Positions 9,804 through 18,714 of a stretch of 64,000 nucleotides of DNA are shown here, one piece after another. Position 1 is the stretch's first letter. The number at the start of each line of letters is the position of its first letter. Below the pieces are notes generated by a model. The model had not been told where the DNA came from, did no database searches, and saw only the letters and a list, made by a program, of their open reading frames with translations. The stretch comes from Demequina sp. (GTDB lineage Bacteria; Actinomycetota; Actinomycetes; Actinomycetales; Demequinaceae), in NCBI GenBank assembly GCA_030148645.1, contig JASBTB010000007.1, forward strand, positions 12,571-76,570, given 5' to 3'. Both the position numbers and the translations under genes were made by a program.

Positions 9804-10210
9804 ATCCCGACCACGACCACCAGCAGCAGGAACCTCGCCGGAGACCGCCGGAGCCGGGGACCGATCACCCGCCGTCGACGCCAGCCGAGAAGATGGAGAC
9901 ACCAGAGGCCGTGCGAGCGGCGAAGATCGCTGGTCTCCGGGGCAACAGCCGTGAGTGGCTCGCCCACGATGCGGGCCTGCGTGCGCGGGGGGTGGAGTGG
10001 GTGCGGCCTACGGACCTGCTCGCCCGCCACGGCGCGGCGCTGGCGGGGCGGGGCATCGACTTCGAGGTCGAGTTGGCTCGCCGCACCCGCACCGCCACGA
10101 ACACCGGTGTGCGGGGGTTCGGGGATCGGGCGCGCCGGCTGCCGCCGCTGTCGGCCTTCGGTCGCAGCAGGACAACCGAGTCCGTTCCGTCGCGGTCGCC
10201 GGTCGGATGA
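9800..10210 (+). CDS. ICE hypothetical protein
   Basis: ATGA overlap with the upstream stop and GGAGG upstream. Confidence 0.6.
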   Translation: MNPDHDHQQQEPRRRPPEPGTDHPPSTPAEKMETPEAVRAAKIAGLRGNSREWLAHDAGLRARGVEWVRPTDLLARHGAALAGRGIDFEVELARRTRTATNTGVRGFGDRARRLPPLSAFGRSRTTESVPSRSPVG

Positions 10211-10273
10211 GCTGAACAGGTGAGAGGTCATGAGCACCACCCGGGCACGGAGCGCAAACGTCGTCGTTGGGGA

Positions 10274-10296
10274 CGGCGTGCGCACCTGCCTGTCAG
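10274..10296 (+). promoter_or_regulatory. ICE motif copy 3 (GCGTGCGCACCTGCCTGTC-A)
   Basis: CACCT at 10283-10287, then gcctgtc, then AGGAGG and ATG 10311. Confidence 0.5.
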
Positions 10297-10310
10297 GAGG
10301 TGCCCCCACC

Positions 10311-11210
10311 ATGACCGAGAACACCCACACCACCAATCACCGGAGAACCGAGAACGGCGAGGACTTCACGAGCAGCGAAGGTCTACGCGCGCTGCTGACT
10401 CGACTCCACGATGCCGGGCCGGGCGCGTGGGAGCACGACCGGACCGCCGCGGCACTGATGGCCTACGCGGCGGAGAAGTACGCGCCACTGGCGCATAAGC
10501 ACGGCCTGGACCCCTGGGAGGCCGCCACCGCAGCATTCGACGTGATGCGCACCACAGCAGCCCGGGAGGCGAATGATCCGTGGGCGGTGATCACCCACGC
10601 GGTACGGATCACCTGCATCTTCGAAGAACGCGCCCAAGGACTCCTGTGCTCGGTCCACCAAGCCCGCCGCCCGCACATCTCAGCGTTCCACGACCCCGAA
10701 CGCTTCTCCGACCGGGAGAACCCGCTGGCCGACTACCACCCCGCATTCCAGATCACCGATGACACCCCGGCCACGGATGAGGAGAACGACGGCGCGCCCG
10801 CGTCGTCGCGGGCGCGCACGTGGGCGGGCTCCACGGTCGAGGACGCCATCGCGTTGTTCACGCTGCTGGACTGGCCGCCAGCCAGCGCGCGCGCCGGGAT
10901 CGAGCACATGTGCGGGGCGCTGACCAAGACCGGCACCCGCCAGGCCACCTACGAGGCGCTGCGCCGCGACAAGCACGCCCGCGCCCTGCTCGACATCCCC
11001 GGCCACTCCTGGACGGCGCTGTTGAAGGCGCTGCTGGGTAACCCCCACCCCGCCTACGCCGCCACGACCGCGGGCCGGGGCGTGCTGCTGCGGCTGCTGA
11101 TCGGCGAGAGCCTGCCGGTGCTGCTGCGCGACGACGACCTCGTGCTCACCATCTCCCTGGCAGCACCCGCCCACCGCAACCGGAAGCCCCGTGGGGGCGG
11201 GTCGCGATGA
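10311..11210 (+). CDS. ICE hypothetical protein, possibly a divergent sigma-70-like factor
   Basis: AGGAGG before ATG 10311; LMAYAAEKYAPLAHKHGLDPWEAATAAFDVM...DPWAVITHAVRITCIFEERA resembles sigma region 2 by eye only; the confidence is for the CDS, not the sigma call. Confidence 0.7.
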   Translation: MTENTHTTNHRRTENGEDFTSSEGLRALLTRLHDAGPGAWEHDRTAAALMAYAAEKYAPLAHKHGLDPWEAATAAFDVMRTTAAREANDPWAVITHAVRITCIFEERAQGLLCSVHQARRPHISAFHDPERFSDRENPLADYHPAFQITDDTPATDEENDGAPASSRARTWAGSTVEDAIALFTLLDWPPASARAGIEHMCGALTKTGTRQATYEALRRDKHARALLDIPGHSWTALLKALLGNPHPAYAATTAGRGVLLRLLIGESLPVLLRDDDLVLTISLAAPAHRNRKPRGGGSR

Positions 11211-12217
11211 GCACGCGGGCGGGATTTATCGAGCTGGAACGCACCGTCGCCTCGATCCAGGTGGGGCGCCGACACCGCACCGAGCTGGGCGACATCGACG
11301 AACTGGCGGCCTCCATCGACCGCGACGGCCTCCTCCAACCCATCACCATCACCCCCGACGGCGTACTCGTGTGCGGGGCCAGGAGGCTGACCGCGATCAG
11401 ACAGCTCAGCTGGAAGACCGTCAACGTGTGGGTCCGCTCGGGCATCTCCGACCGGCTCGGTCACCTCTTGGCCGAGCAGGACGACAACGTCCTGCACAAA
11501 CCCCTGACCCAGACCGAGGCCGCCGCCCTCTACCGCGAGCTGAGGGCGTTGATGGCAGAGGACGCCGCCCGAAGAAAGGCAGCGACGCAGTTCAGCGCCG
11601 CCAATCAGCCAGGTGCTGACGGTCCCGCAAAATTTGCGGGACCGTCACAGGCTCCGGGCGAGGCCCGCCAACAGGCGGCGGCGATGATCCCCGGCGGTGT
11701 CTCCCACACCACATTGGAGAAGATCGGCTACCTCCAGAGGATCGCCGACGACCCCGCCCAGCCCGCCGCGCTACGGGCGCAAGTGACCGCGGAACTGGAG
11801 CGCATCGACGCCGGCGCCCCGGTGCACCCGATCTACGAAGTAATCCGCGCCTCCGCCGAGACCGCTCAGAAGCATCGTGAGGCAGACCTGCACCAGCTCG
11901 CCGCCGAAGCGCTGACCCGCGCCAAGAACGCGAAAGCAAAGAAGCGCGCCCCCCGATCCGCACGACCAGCCGACGACGCTGGTGAGCCGGCGCCATATCC
12001 CGTGCGGGCGTTCGTGCTGACCTGGACCGAACTGATCGACTGGTGGACCCACTACGACGCCGACCAGCTCGTCGCCGAACTCACCGATGAGCAGATCGAG
12101 TCCTTCCTCGCCACCGCTGAAGGCACCAGCAAGTTCGCCGAGGAGCTGCGTACCGCCCGCGACCGCCGGGCGGGTGACGAGACCCCGCCCGCACGGGGGC
12201 ACCTGCGCGCCCTCTGA
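11207..12217 (+). CDS. ParB N-terminal-domain protein
   Basis: IDELAASIDRDGLLQPITITPDGVLVCGARRLTAIRQL (ParB/Srx motif). Confidence 0.88.
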   Translation: MSTRAGFIELERTVASIQVGRRHRTELGDIDELAASIDRDGLLQPITITPDGVLVCGARRLTAIRQLSWKTVNVWVRSGISDRLGHLLAEQDDNVLHKPLTQTEAAALYRELRALMAEDAARRKAATQFSAANQPGADGPAKFAGPSQAPGEARQQAAAMIPGGVSHTTLEKIGYLQRIADDPAQPAALRAQVTAELERIDAGAPVHPIYEVIRASAETAQKHREADLHQLAAEALTRAKNAKAKKRAPRSARPADDAGEPAPYPVRAFVLTWTELIDWWTHYDADQLVAELTDEQIESFLATAEGTSKFAEELRTARDRRAGDETPPARGHLRAL

Positions 12218-12239
12218 GCATTTGGTTGACTGCGGATGC

Positions 12240-12260
12240 TCGCGGTGCACCTACAGGGCA
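12240..12260 (+). promoter_or_regulatory. ICE motif copy 4 (GCGGTGCACCTACAGGGC-ATG), leaderless geometry
   Basis: CACCT at 12248-12252, 7 nt, then ATG 12260; no SD sequence. Confidence 0.5.
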
Positions 12261-12967
12261 TGAAGACTCCCGACCTGTCTGCCCCGCGTTCGCGTCACCG
12301 GCTGATCGCCGCCCTCGCCGCCCTCGTGGCGGTCCTGGTGCTGGCCGGTGTCGGCGTCTACGGCCTCCTCAACGGACCACCCACCGCCAACGAGGACGCC
12401 AACCGCGGCTCCGGGCCTGGACCGGCTGTGACCGCACCCAGCGATCCGGCGTTCGGCGATCCGGCCCCGACCGCGACACCGCGTCTGCCAACGGTGCGGG
12501 CCTCGGCTGATCCGGAGACCTTCGCCCGCGCCGTCGCGACGGCGCTGTTCGCCTGGGACACGGCCAGCGGGTTCATGCCCCTGGACTACACCTCGGTCGT
12601 CCTCGCCGTCGGCGACCCCTCGGGTGCCGAGCAGGCCGGGCTCGCCTCCGACATCGCCACCTACCTGCCGAACCGGGACGCCTGGATCGAGCTGCGCCAC
12701 TACGCCACCGCCCAGCACCTGATCATCGACCGTGTGTACGTCCCCGACGCGTGGGACGCGGCCGTCGAACAGGCGCAGCCCGGGCAGCTCGCCGAGGGCA
12801 CCATCGCCTACACGATCGAGGGAACCCGCCACCGCACCGGCCTCTGGAACGACGAGACCGTCACCTCCGAGCATCCGGTGGCGTTCACCGTGTTCCTCGT
12901 CTGCGGCCCGACCTACGACACCTGCCACCTGCTGCGGTTGTCCCAGCTCGACAACCCCCTCCGATAG
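12260..12967 (+). CDS. Membrane-anchored conjugation protein (possibly VirB8/TcpC-like)
   Basis: N-terminal TM LIAALAALVAVLVLAGVGVYGLL; lies directly before the wall hydrolase; role inferred from position. Confidence 0.65.
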   Translation: MKTPDLSAPRSRHRLIAALAALVAVLVLAGVGVYGLLNGPPTANEDANRGSGPGPAVTAPSDPAFGDPAPTATPRLPTVRASADPETFARAVATALFAWDTASGFMPLDYTSVVLAVGDPSGAEQAGLASDIATYLPNRDAWIELRHYATAQHLIIDRVYVPDAWDAAVEQAQPGQLAEGTIAYTIEGTRHRTGLWNDETVTSEHPVAFTVFLVCGPTYDTCHLLRLSQLDNPLR

Positions 12968-12982
12968 GCCGGCGGTGCGCTC

Positions 12983-14644
12983 ATGGTGAAGAAGCTCGCC
13001 CTCGCGGCCCTCGCACTGGTGTTCCTGGCGCCGTCGCTGGTGTTGATCGGGGTCGGGGTGGTGATGAACCCTGCCGCCTCGGCCTCCTGCACCGTGGCCG
13101 GCACAAGCGTCAGGGTCGGCGACGTCCCCGACGAGCTGGAGGTCACCACCGCCAACGGCGAGACCTTCACACTGAACAATCAGCAGCTCACGCATGCGGC
13201 GACGATCATCGAGACCGGGTCCGGCATCGACGGGGTGACCCAGGACGGGCTGGTGATTGCGCTGATGGCGGCGCTGACCGAATCCACCCTGCGGATGCTG
13301 TCCAACACGAGCGTCTATCCGGAGTCGGCGGACTATCCCAACGACGGCGACGGTTCCGACCACGACTCCCTGGGGTTGTTTCAGATGCGGCCGCAGTCCG
13401 GGTGGGGCACCGTCGCCGAGCTGATGGACCCGACATATCAGGCGCAGGCGTTCTTCGGCGGTCCTACCGGCCCCAACCATCCCTCACCGCGGGGCCTGTT
13501 GGACATTCCCGGCTGGGAGCAGATGGACAAGGGCGAGGCCGCCCAAGCCGTCGAGGTGTCCGCCTACCCTGACCGGTACCGCAACTACGAGCCCGTCGCC
13601 GAGACCATCCTGACCACCCTCACCGGCTCCACCACGACCGCCGACGCAGTCAATGCGGGGATGTCGACCGACGACACCGTGGCTCCAGCGGTTCAGACGG
13701 TGGCGGAGTCTTCGCGGGTGGTGTTCCCGGTGCCCGCGGGCACCTGGGTGCTGACCAGCGAGTACGGGCCGCGGGTCCATCCGATCTCCGGGGAGAGCTC
13801 GTTCCACACCGGCACCGACTTCGCCGCCCCGGACGGCGCCCCGATCCTCGCGGCGGCCGATGGCACCGTCACCGTCGCCGAGTCCTCCGGCGGCTACGGC
13901 GGGCTCATCGTCATCGAGCACACCCTCAATGGGCAGACCGTGGCCACCGCGTACGGGCACATATGGGAGACCGGCATCCACGTCCAACCCGGCGACACCG
14001 TCACTGCCGGCCAGCACATCGGCGACATTGGCTCCTCCGGCAACAGCACCGGCCCGCATCTGCATTTCGAGGTCCGGACCGGCGGCACCGACGGCGAGCA
14101 CACCGACCCCGCCGCGTGGCTCAACGACCATGATGGCGCCGACCTGCCCGAACCCGAGACCGGCGCCCCGGACGGCTGCGACCCCGACACCGGAACTCCC
14201 GGCGGCGACCCGGACCCCCTCGACGGTGACCCGGACCGCCTCGTGGATGCCCCCACCAGCGACGGGCAGATCACCGCTCGGATGCTGCACCTGTACCAGC
14301 AGGGCACCGCCGCCTTCCCCGACACCTCCTGGGCCTGCTACTCACCGCGTCCCGGCACCCGCTCCGAACACCCGCTCGGCCGGGCCTGCGATCTGACCTT
14401 CGGCAACGCCATCGGCCAGCACCCCACCCCGGCGCAGCTCGAAGCTGGCTGGGACGTCACCAACTGGATGCAGGACCACGCCGAAACCCTCGGTGTCGAG
14501 TACCTGATTTGGCAGGGCAAGATGTGGTCACTGGCCCGCGACGCCGATGGTTGGCGCGACTACAGCGGCGGCGGCATGCACGACCCCGGCGACGTCACCG
14601 GCGGCCACTACGACCACCTCCATGTCACCGTTCGGTCCAACTAG
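12983..14644 (+). CDS. Multidomain conjugative cell-wall hydrolase (lysozyme-like + M23 + putative LAS-type peptidase)
   Basis: MAALTES...DSLGLFQMRP..GWG; M23 HTGTDF and HLHFEV; C-terminal EHPLGRACD...HYDHLHV. Confidence 0.88.
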   Translation: MVKKLALAALALVFLAPSLVLIGVGVVMNPAASASCTVAGTSVRVGDVPDELEVTTANGETFTLNNQQLTHAATIIETGSGIDGVTQDGLVIALMAALTESTLRMLSNTSVYPESADYPNDGDGSDHDSLGLFQMRPQSGWGTVAELMDPTYQAQAFFGGPTGPNHPSPRGLLDIPGWEQMDKGEAAQAVEVSAYPDRYRNYEPVAETILTTLTGSTTTADAVNAGMSTDDTVAPAVQTVAESSRVVFPVPAGTWVLTSEYGPRVHPISGESSFHTGTDFAAPDGAPILAAADGTVTVAESSGGYGGLIVIEHTLNGQTVATAYGHIWETGIHVQPGDTVTAGQHIGDIGSSGNSTGPHLHFEVRTGGTDGEHTDPAAWLNDHDGADLPEPETGAPDGCDPDTGTPGGDPDPLDGDPDRLVDAPTSDGQITARMLHLYQQGTAAFPDTSWACYSPRPGTRSEHPLGRACDLTFGNAIGQHPTPAQLEAGWDVTNWMQDHAETLGVEYLIWQGKMWSLARDADGWRDYSGGGMHDPGDVTGGHYDHLHVTVRSN

Positions 14645-14650
14645 CAATTA

Positions 14651-14806
14651 TTACGTTAGATGTAATCCGCGACGGCCGGAATCGTGCGTATTCGCTGGTC
14701 AGGCAAGGGTACCAGGGGTCACTGATCTGAGCCTTGAACCCGGCTCTTGACCAGGGGAAACGCACCAAGTCTTACGTTAGATGTACTTTTCATACATTAG
14801 ATGTAA
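14651..14806 (+). repeat. TTACGTTAGATGTA x2 plus a third TTAGATGTA core
   Basis: Exact 14-mer at 14651-14664 and 14772-14785; core again at 14797-14805. Confidence 0.9.
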
Positions 14807-14816
14807 GACTGTTGGA

Positions 14817-15944
14817 GTGGACTTCGAGGACGGGAACCGCGCCGGATCGGTGACGGCGTTGCGGGCGGGCAACGTGGCGTTGCTGCGTCCGGCGGAGCAG
14901 GTCTTCGATGACATGCTCACGGGCTGGTCGGCGCAGCAGGTCTCACGGATGCTGAACCCCAAGACGATCGGGGCGCGCTTGTCGCAGGTGCGCCGGTTCG
15001 CCGTGTTCTGCGGGAGCTTGCCGTGGGAGTGGTCGCCCGCCGATGTCGAGGAGTGGACGACCGAGCTGGTCTCCGGCGACAAGCCGTGCTCGCACGGCAC
15101 GATCCGCTCGTATCAGAACGCGGTCGCGTTGTTCTGCGACTACCTGACCGACCGCCGCTACGGCTGGATCGAGCGATGCGAGGAACTGTTCGGCACTCAT
15201 CCGGTGCAGGTCTGCCATGAGTGGAACACCGCGATCCACACCAGCGATCACGAGGCACGCCCGGCGGTCCGGCCACTGTCGCGGGAAGAGGTACAAGCCT
15301 TCTTCGACTACGCCGACGATCGCGCCGACCATGCTCGCACGCGCGGAAAGAAGGGCTGGAAGTCGGTGTTCCGCGACGCGACCCTGTTCAAGATGATCTA
15401 CGCCTTCGGGCTGCGCCGCCGCGAGGTCGGGATGCTGGACCTGCATGACTTCACCCGCAACCCGACCGCGACCGAGTTCGGCCGGTACGGGGTCTGCAAC
15501 GTCCGCTGGGGCAAGGCCAGCAAAGGCTCCCCGCCCCGTCGGCGGGCGGTGCTGGCGGTGTTCGACTGGACCCGCCCAGTGATCGAGGAATACGTCACCG
15601 ACGTGCTGCCGCTGTTCGACACGGCAGGCGCCGGGATGCTGTGGCCGACCGAACGACAATCCAGGATCACGGGCAGCTACGTCGGGATGAGGTTCGCCGA
15701 GTACCGCGACGACCTCGGCTTCGACGCCGCGCTGCACCCGCACTGTCTGCGGCACTCGTATGTGACCCATCTGATCGAGGACGGCTTCGACCCGCTGTTC
15801 GTGCAGCAGCAGGTCGGGCACCGGTGGGGATCGACCACAGCCCTCTACACCGGCGTCTCGGGCGACTACCGCAACCGCACCCTGCGCCGCGCCCTGGACG
15901 CCGCGTTCACCCCACCGACCGCAACCGAGGAAGGATCACGCTGA
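14817..15944 (+). CDS. Tyrosine recombinase/integrase
   Basis: FGLRRREV (R), HCLRHSYVTH (HxxR), VGHRWGSTTALY (H, Y); start set at GTG 14817. Confidence 0.95.
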   Translation: MDFEDGNRAGSVTALRAGNVALLRPAEQVFDDMLTGWSAQQVSRMLNPKTIGARLSQVRRFAVFCGSLPWEWSPADVEEWTTELVSGDKPCSHGTIRSYQNAVALFCDYLTDRRYGWIERCEELFGTHPVQVCHEWNTAIHTSDHEARPAVRPLSREEVQAFFDYADDRADHARTRGKKGWKSVFRDATLFKMIYAFGLRRREVGMLDLHDFTRNPTATEFGRYGVCNVRWGKASKGSPPRRRAVLAVFDWTRPVIEEYVTDVLPLFDTAGAGMLWPTERQSRITGSYVGMRFAEYRDDLGFDAALHPHCLRHSYVTHLIEDGFDPLFVQQQVGHRWGSTTALYTGVSGDYRNRTLRRALDAAFTPPTATEEGSR

Positions 15945-16285
15945 TGACGAAGACCGTCGCCTACCACTGGCACCTGCGCAAGATCATGAACGAGCACGGC
16001 ATGAACGCCACCACCGAACTGGTGCCGCTGCTGGCCGACCGGGGCGTGGTGATGACCTCGACCCAGGTCTACCGGATCGTCACCGGCGAGCCGGAGCGGT
16101 TGAACATGCGGCTGCTCGCCGCGCTCTGCGACATCCTCGACGTCACCCCCAACGACCTGATCGAGCCCTACGTCGCCACCAGCTCGCGGCGCGGACGCAA
16201 GACCGGCACCACCGGCACCAGCACGCAGTCCAAGCCCAGCCGGAACCGTCCAACTCGCGCAGTCATCAAGCCTGCTGGGGACTGA
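15944..16285 (+). CDS. Cro/C1-type HTH protein
   Basis: WHLRKIMNEHGM..TTELVPLLADRGV.MTSTQVYRIVTGEPERLNMRLLAALCDILDVTPNDLI; TGATG coupling with the integrase. Confidence 0.88.
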   Translation: MTKTVAYHWHLRKIMNEHGMNATTELVPLLADRGVVMTSTQVYRIVTGEPERLNMRLLAALCDILDVTPNDLIEPYVATSSRRGRKTGTTGTSTQSKPSRNRPTRAVIKPAGD

Positions 16286-16294
16286 CCGGACCAG

Positions 16295-17959
16295 ATGGCG
16301 AGCACGATCGTCCCCGGTGAGTGTTTCCGCTGCGGACGGGTGAGGAACCTGCGCTGGAACCACACACTCAACCGGGGTGAGTGTCGGGCTTGCCGCGCCC
16401 GCCGCTCACCCCAGGAGACCTGCACCGGCTGCGGCAGGCAGCGGCGAGTCAACGCCCGCACCAGCGACGGCGGCGCTATCTGCACCACCTGCTACGCCCG
16501 AAACCGCGCCGGTGAGGATGCTTGCGAGGGATGCGGCACTATCGGCCCGCTCGCCACCCGAGCTGGCGGGAAGTCCGATGGATCGCGGAATCTCTGCGTT
16601 CGCTGCTACCGGCACCCGCGTCGGTCCTGCGGCGTCTGCGGCCGGCTCAAGCGAGTCGCGTTGAAAGCGACCGCCGCGAGCCCGGACGTCTGCCCGACCT
16701 GCTACCAAGCGCCGGTCATCGACTGCTCCATCTGCGGCCAGCGGTCGCTCGGCCGGCGAACCACCAACCACGGCCGGCCCCGTTGCTTCGCCTGCCAAGC
16801 CACCCAGCAGATCGACGCCGCGCTCACCGGCCCGGACGGCACGATCCGACCCGAGCTGAAACCCGTCCGCGATGCCCTGACCGAGCTACGCCAACCCCGC
16901 TCGCTGCTGAACAACTGGCACGACTTGCCGAGCCTGCACCTGCTCACCGACATCGCTCAAGGCCGGCTCGACCTGTCACACGATGCTCTCGATGCCCGCC
17001 CGCAAGTGTTCTCGGTGACCTACCTGCGCGCGATGCTCGTCGCCTCCGGCGCGTTGCCGCCCCGGGACGAGAACGCCGCCCGGCTACACCGCCACGCCGC
17101 CGAAGCCGGCGCCGACATCACCGATCCCGAGCTGCGCGGCGTGCTGTCCCGCTATGCCCGCTGGCACGTCGTCGGCCGCGCCAAGACCAACCGCCACGGC
17201 CACCTCACCGCTCATGTCGCCGCACGCTGCCGCAGCGACATTCACACCGCCCACGCCTTTCTCGACGACCTGACCGCGGGCGGTCACACCCTCGACGACT
17301 GCCCGCAAGCCTGCGTGGACGCCTGGCTCAGCACGAGCCGCAGCACCCGCCTGGGGTTCGTCCGCTGGCTCACACGAGGCGGCTACCTACCCCGAGTCAC
17401 GTTGCCCGAACCCGTCGCGGCGAAAGACCCCGCCCATCAGGTTGACGCCGAAGATCAGCTGGCCCTTGCCCGCCGACTCCTGCACGACTCCACCGTCGCC
17501 AGCATCGAGGATCGCGCCGCCGCCTGCCTGATCCTGCTCTATGCCCAGCCCGTCGCGAAGATCGCCGCCCTCACCACCGACGACATCGAGGTCCGCGACA
17601 CGGGAACCTATCTGCGGCTCGGCCGCGAACCGCTGCTGCTGATCCCGCCTCTGGACGGGCTGGTCACCGCGCTACCGGTCGTCAAGCCGTTCGGCACTGC
17701 GAGCATCCTGGCTGATGCCCGGTGGCTGTTCACTGGCAAGAACGCGGGCACCCATCTTCATCCCGCTTCACTCATGCGGCGGATGAACCAGCTCGGCATC
17801 TTCACCCGCGCCAGCCGGAGCACCGCGCTACTGCACCTGGCCTCCACGACCCCGCCCGCCGTGTTCGCCTCGCTCATCGGCATCCACATCACCACCGCGA
17901 CCCGCTGGGCTGAACTCACCGGCTCAGCCTGGAACACCTACGCCGCCGCCCGACGCTGA
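16295..17959 (+). CDS. Ten-CxxC zinc-ribbon protein with a degenerate tyrosine-recombinase-like C-terminus
   Basis: CxxC pairs CFRC, CRAC, CTGC, CTTC, CEGC, CVRC, CGVC, CPTC, CSIC, CFAC; C-terminal LILLYAQPVAKIAALTTDDI...WLFTG...RASRSTAL..LASTTPPAVFASLIGIHITTATRW. Confidence 0.8.
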   Translation: MASTIVPGECFRCGRVRNLRWNHTLNRGECRACRARRSPQETCTGCGRQRRVNARTSDGGAICTTCYARNRAGEDACEGCGTIGPLATRAGGKSDGSRNLCVRCYRHPRRSCGVCGRLKRVALKATAASPDVCPTCYQAPVIDCSICGQRSLGRRTTNHGRPRCFACQATQQIDAALTGPDGTIRPELKPVRDALTELRQPRSLLNNWHDLPSLHLLTDIAQGRLDLSHDALDARPQVFSVTYLRAMLVASGALPPRDENAARLHRHAAEAGADITDPELRGVLSRYARWHVVGRAKTNRHGHLTAHVAARCRSDIHTAHAFLDDLTAGGHTLDDCPQACVDAWLSTSRSTRLGFVRWLTRGGYLPRVTLPEPVAAKDPAHQVDAEDQLALARRLLHDSTVASIEDRAAACLILLYAQPVAKIAALTTDDIEVRDTGTYLRLGREPLLLIPPLDGLVTALPVVKPFGTASILADARWLFTGKNAGTHLHPASLMRRMNQLGIFTRASRSTALLHLASTTPPAVFASLIGIHITTATRWAELTGSAWNTYAAARR

Positions 17960-17968
17960 CGACCAAGG

Positions 17969-18415
17969 TCACTCCCGCTCCGTCTGAAGCAAGGTCGCGG
18001 TCTGCTCTACCCAGCGTCGTTGCCTGCCCGTCTCGACAGCTCGCCGGTGATAGTGGGAACGGACCCACGCCACCGCGTCTTCTGGCGCGACACCGCTCAT
18101 CGTTGCCAGCAGCGCCAAAGCCGTCCCGGTCCGCCCGATGCCGCCGCCACACCCGATCTCGACTCGCTCCTCACCGGCACGTTCCCACGCCTCACGCAGC
18201 GCCGTCGTCGCGTCGTCGGTCGAGTCCGGTAGCCGGAAGTCTCGCCACCGCACCCAGCGATGAGGCCAAGGACCAGGCGCTGGGTCACGGCCAAGTAGAT
18301 AGACCGCGAAATCGGGGGCAGGCACATCGCCGCGCGGCCGGCGCACGCCGACGCCGCGGATGCGTCGCCCGTCGGGCAACACCACCACACCCGGCTCGTC
18401 AGTCCATGCGTCCAC
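17969..18415 (-). CDS. Small protein-tyrosine/dual-specificity phosphatase-like protein
   Basis: WRDFRLP acid loop and Cx5R motif IGCGGGIGRTG. Confidence 0.85.
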   Translation of the reverse strand: MDAWTDEPGVVVLPDGRRIRGVGVRRPRGDVPAPDFAVYLLGRDPAPGPWPHRWVRWRDFRLPDSTDDATTALREAWERAGEERVEIGCGGGIGRTGTALALLATMSGVAPEDAVAWVRSHYHRRAVETGRQRRWVEQTATLLQTERE

Positions 18416-18465
18416 ACTTCAACGCTAGCCCGACGGCGGCGGTCCTGCCTGCGCACCTCGCCAGC

Positions 18466-18513
18466 ATGGATTTCGAACGCTTCGAATACTTGCGATCCCC
18501 GGTTGGTCAGTAA
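18466..18513 (+). CDS. Putative 15-aa leaderless small ORF MDFERFEYLRSPVGQ (copy A), preceded by ICE motif copy 5
   Basis: CACCT at 18454-18458, 7 nt, then ATG; near-identical to 22826-22873. Confidence 0.45.
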   Translation: MDFERFEYLRSPVGQ

Positions 18514-18633
18514 TGACCACGCGACAAGTAGTGGTTAGTTGTCTGGATAACGCCGATTCGCCTGACTAGGCGAGGGTAGCGGCAGGCCGAGAAGCGGGTC
18601 CCGGAAGCGGCTGCTGGTGAGGAAGATGGGGAC

Positions 18634-18714
18634 GTGGACTTCGGGGACGGGAAGCAGACCTGGATCGGTGGCGGCGGCGAAGCAAGTCTCGACGATATGC
18701 TCACTGGGTGGTCT
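18634..18714 (+). pseudogene. Degenerate 5' fragment of a paralogue of the 14817 integrase
   Basis: gtggacttcggggacgggaag vs gtggacttcgaggacgggaac (14817); DDMLTGWS shared; about 30 nt deleted between the two matching blocks. Confidence 0.8.

Larger units (their letters stand above)
14651..17959 (+). mobile_element. Nested three-gene tyrosine-recombinase module (Int + HTH + Cys-rich degenerate Int); right end not identified
   Basis: Begins 6 nt after the hydrolase stop with AT-rich repeats; three tightly coupled genes. Confidence 0.7.

Noticed and set aside
8837-10336. Long ORFs opposite or overlapping real genes (also 20919-22664, 23568-24950, 27292-29049, 40942-42192, 45275-46939)
   Set aside because: High-GC shadow frames with Arg/Pro/Ala-rich, motif-free translations overlapping well-supported genes
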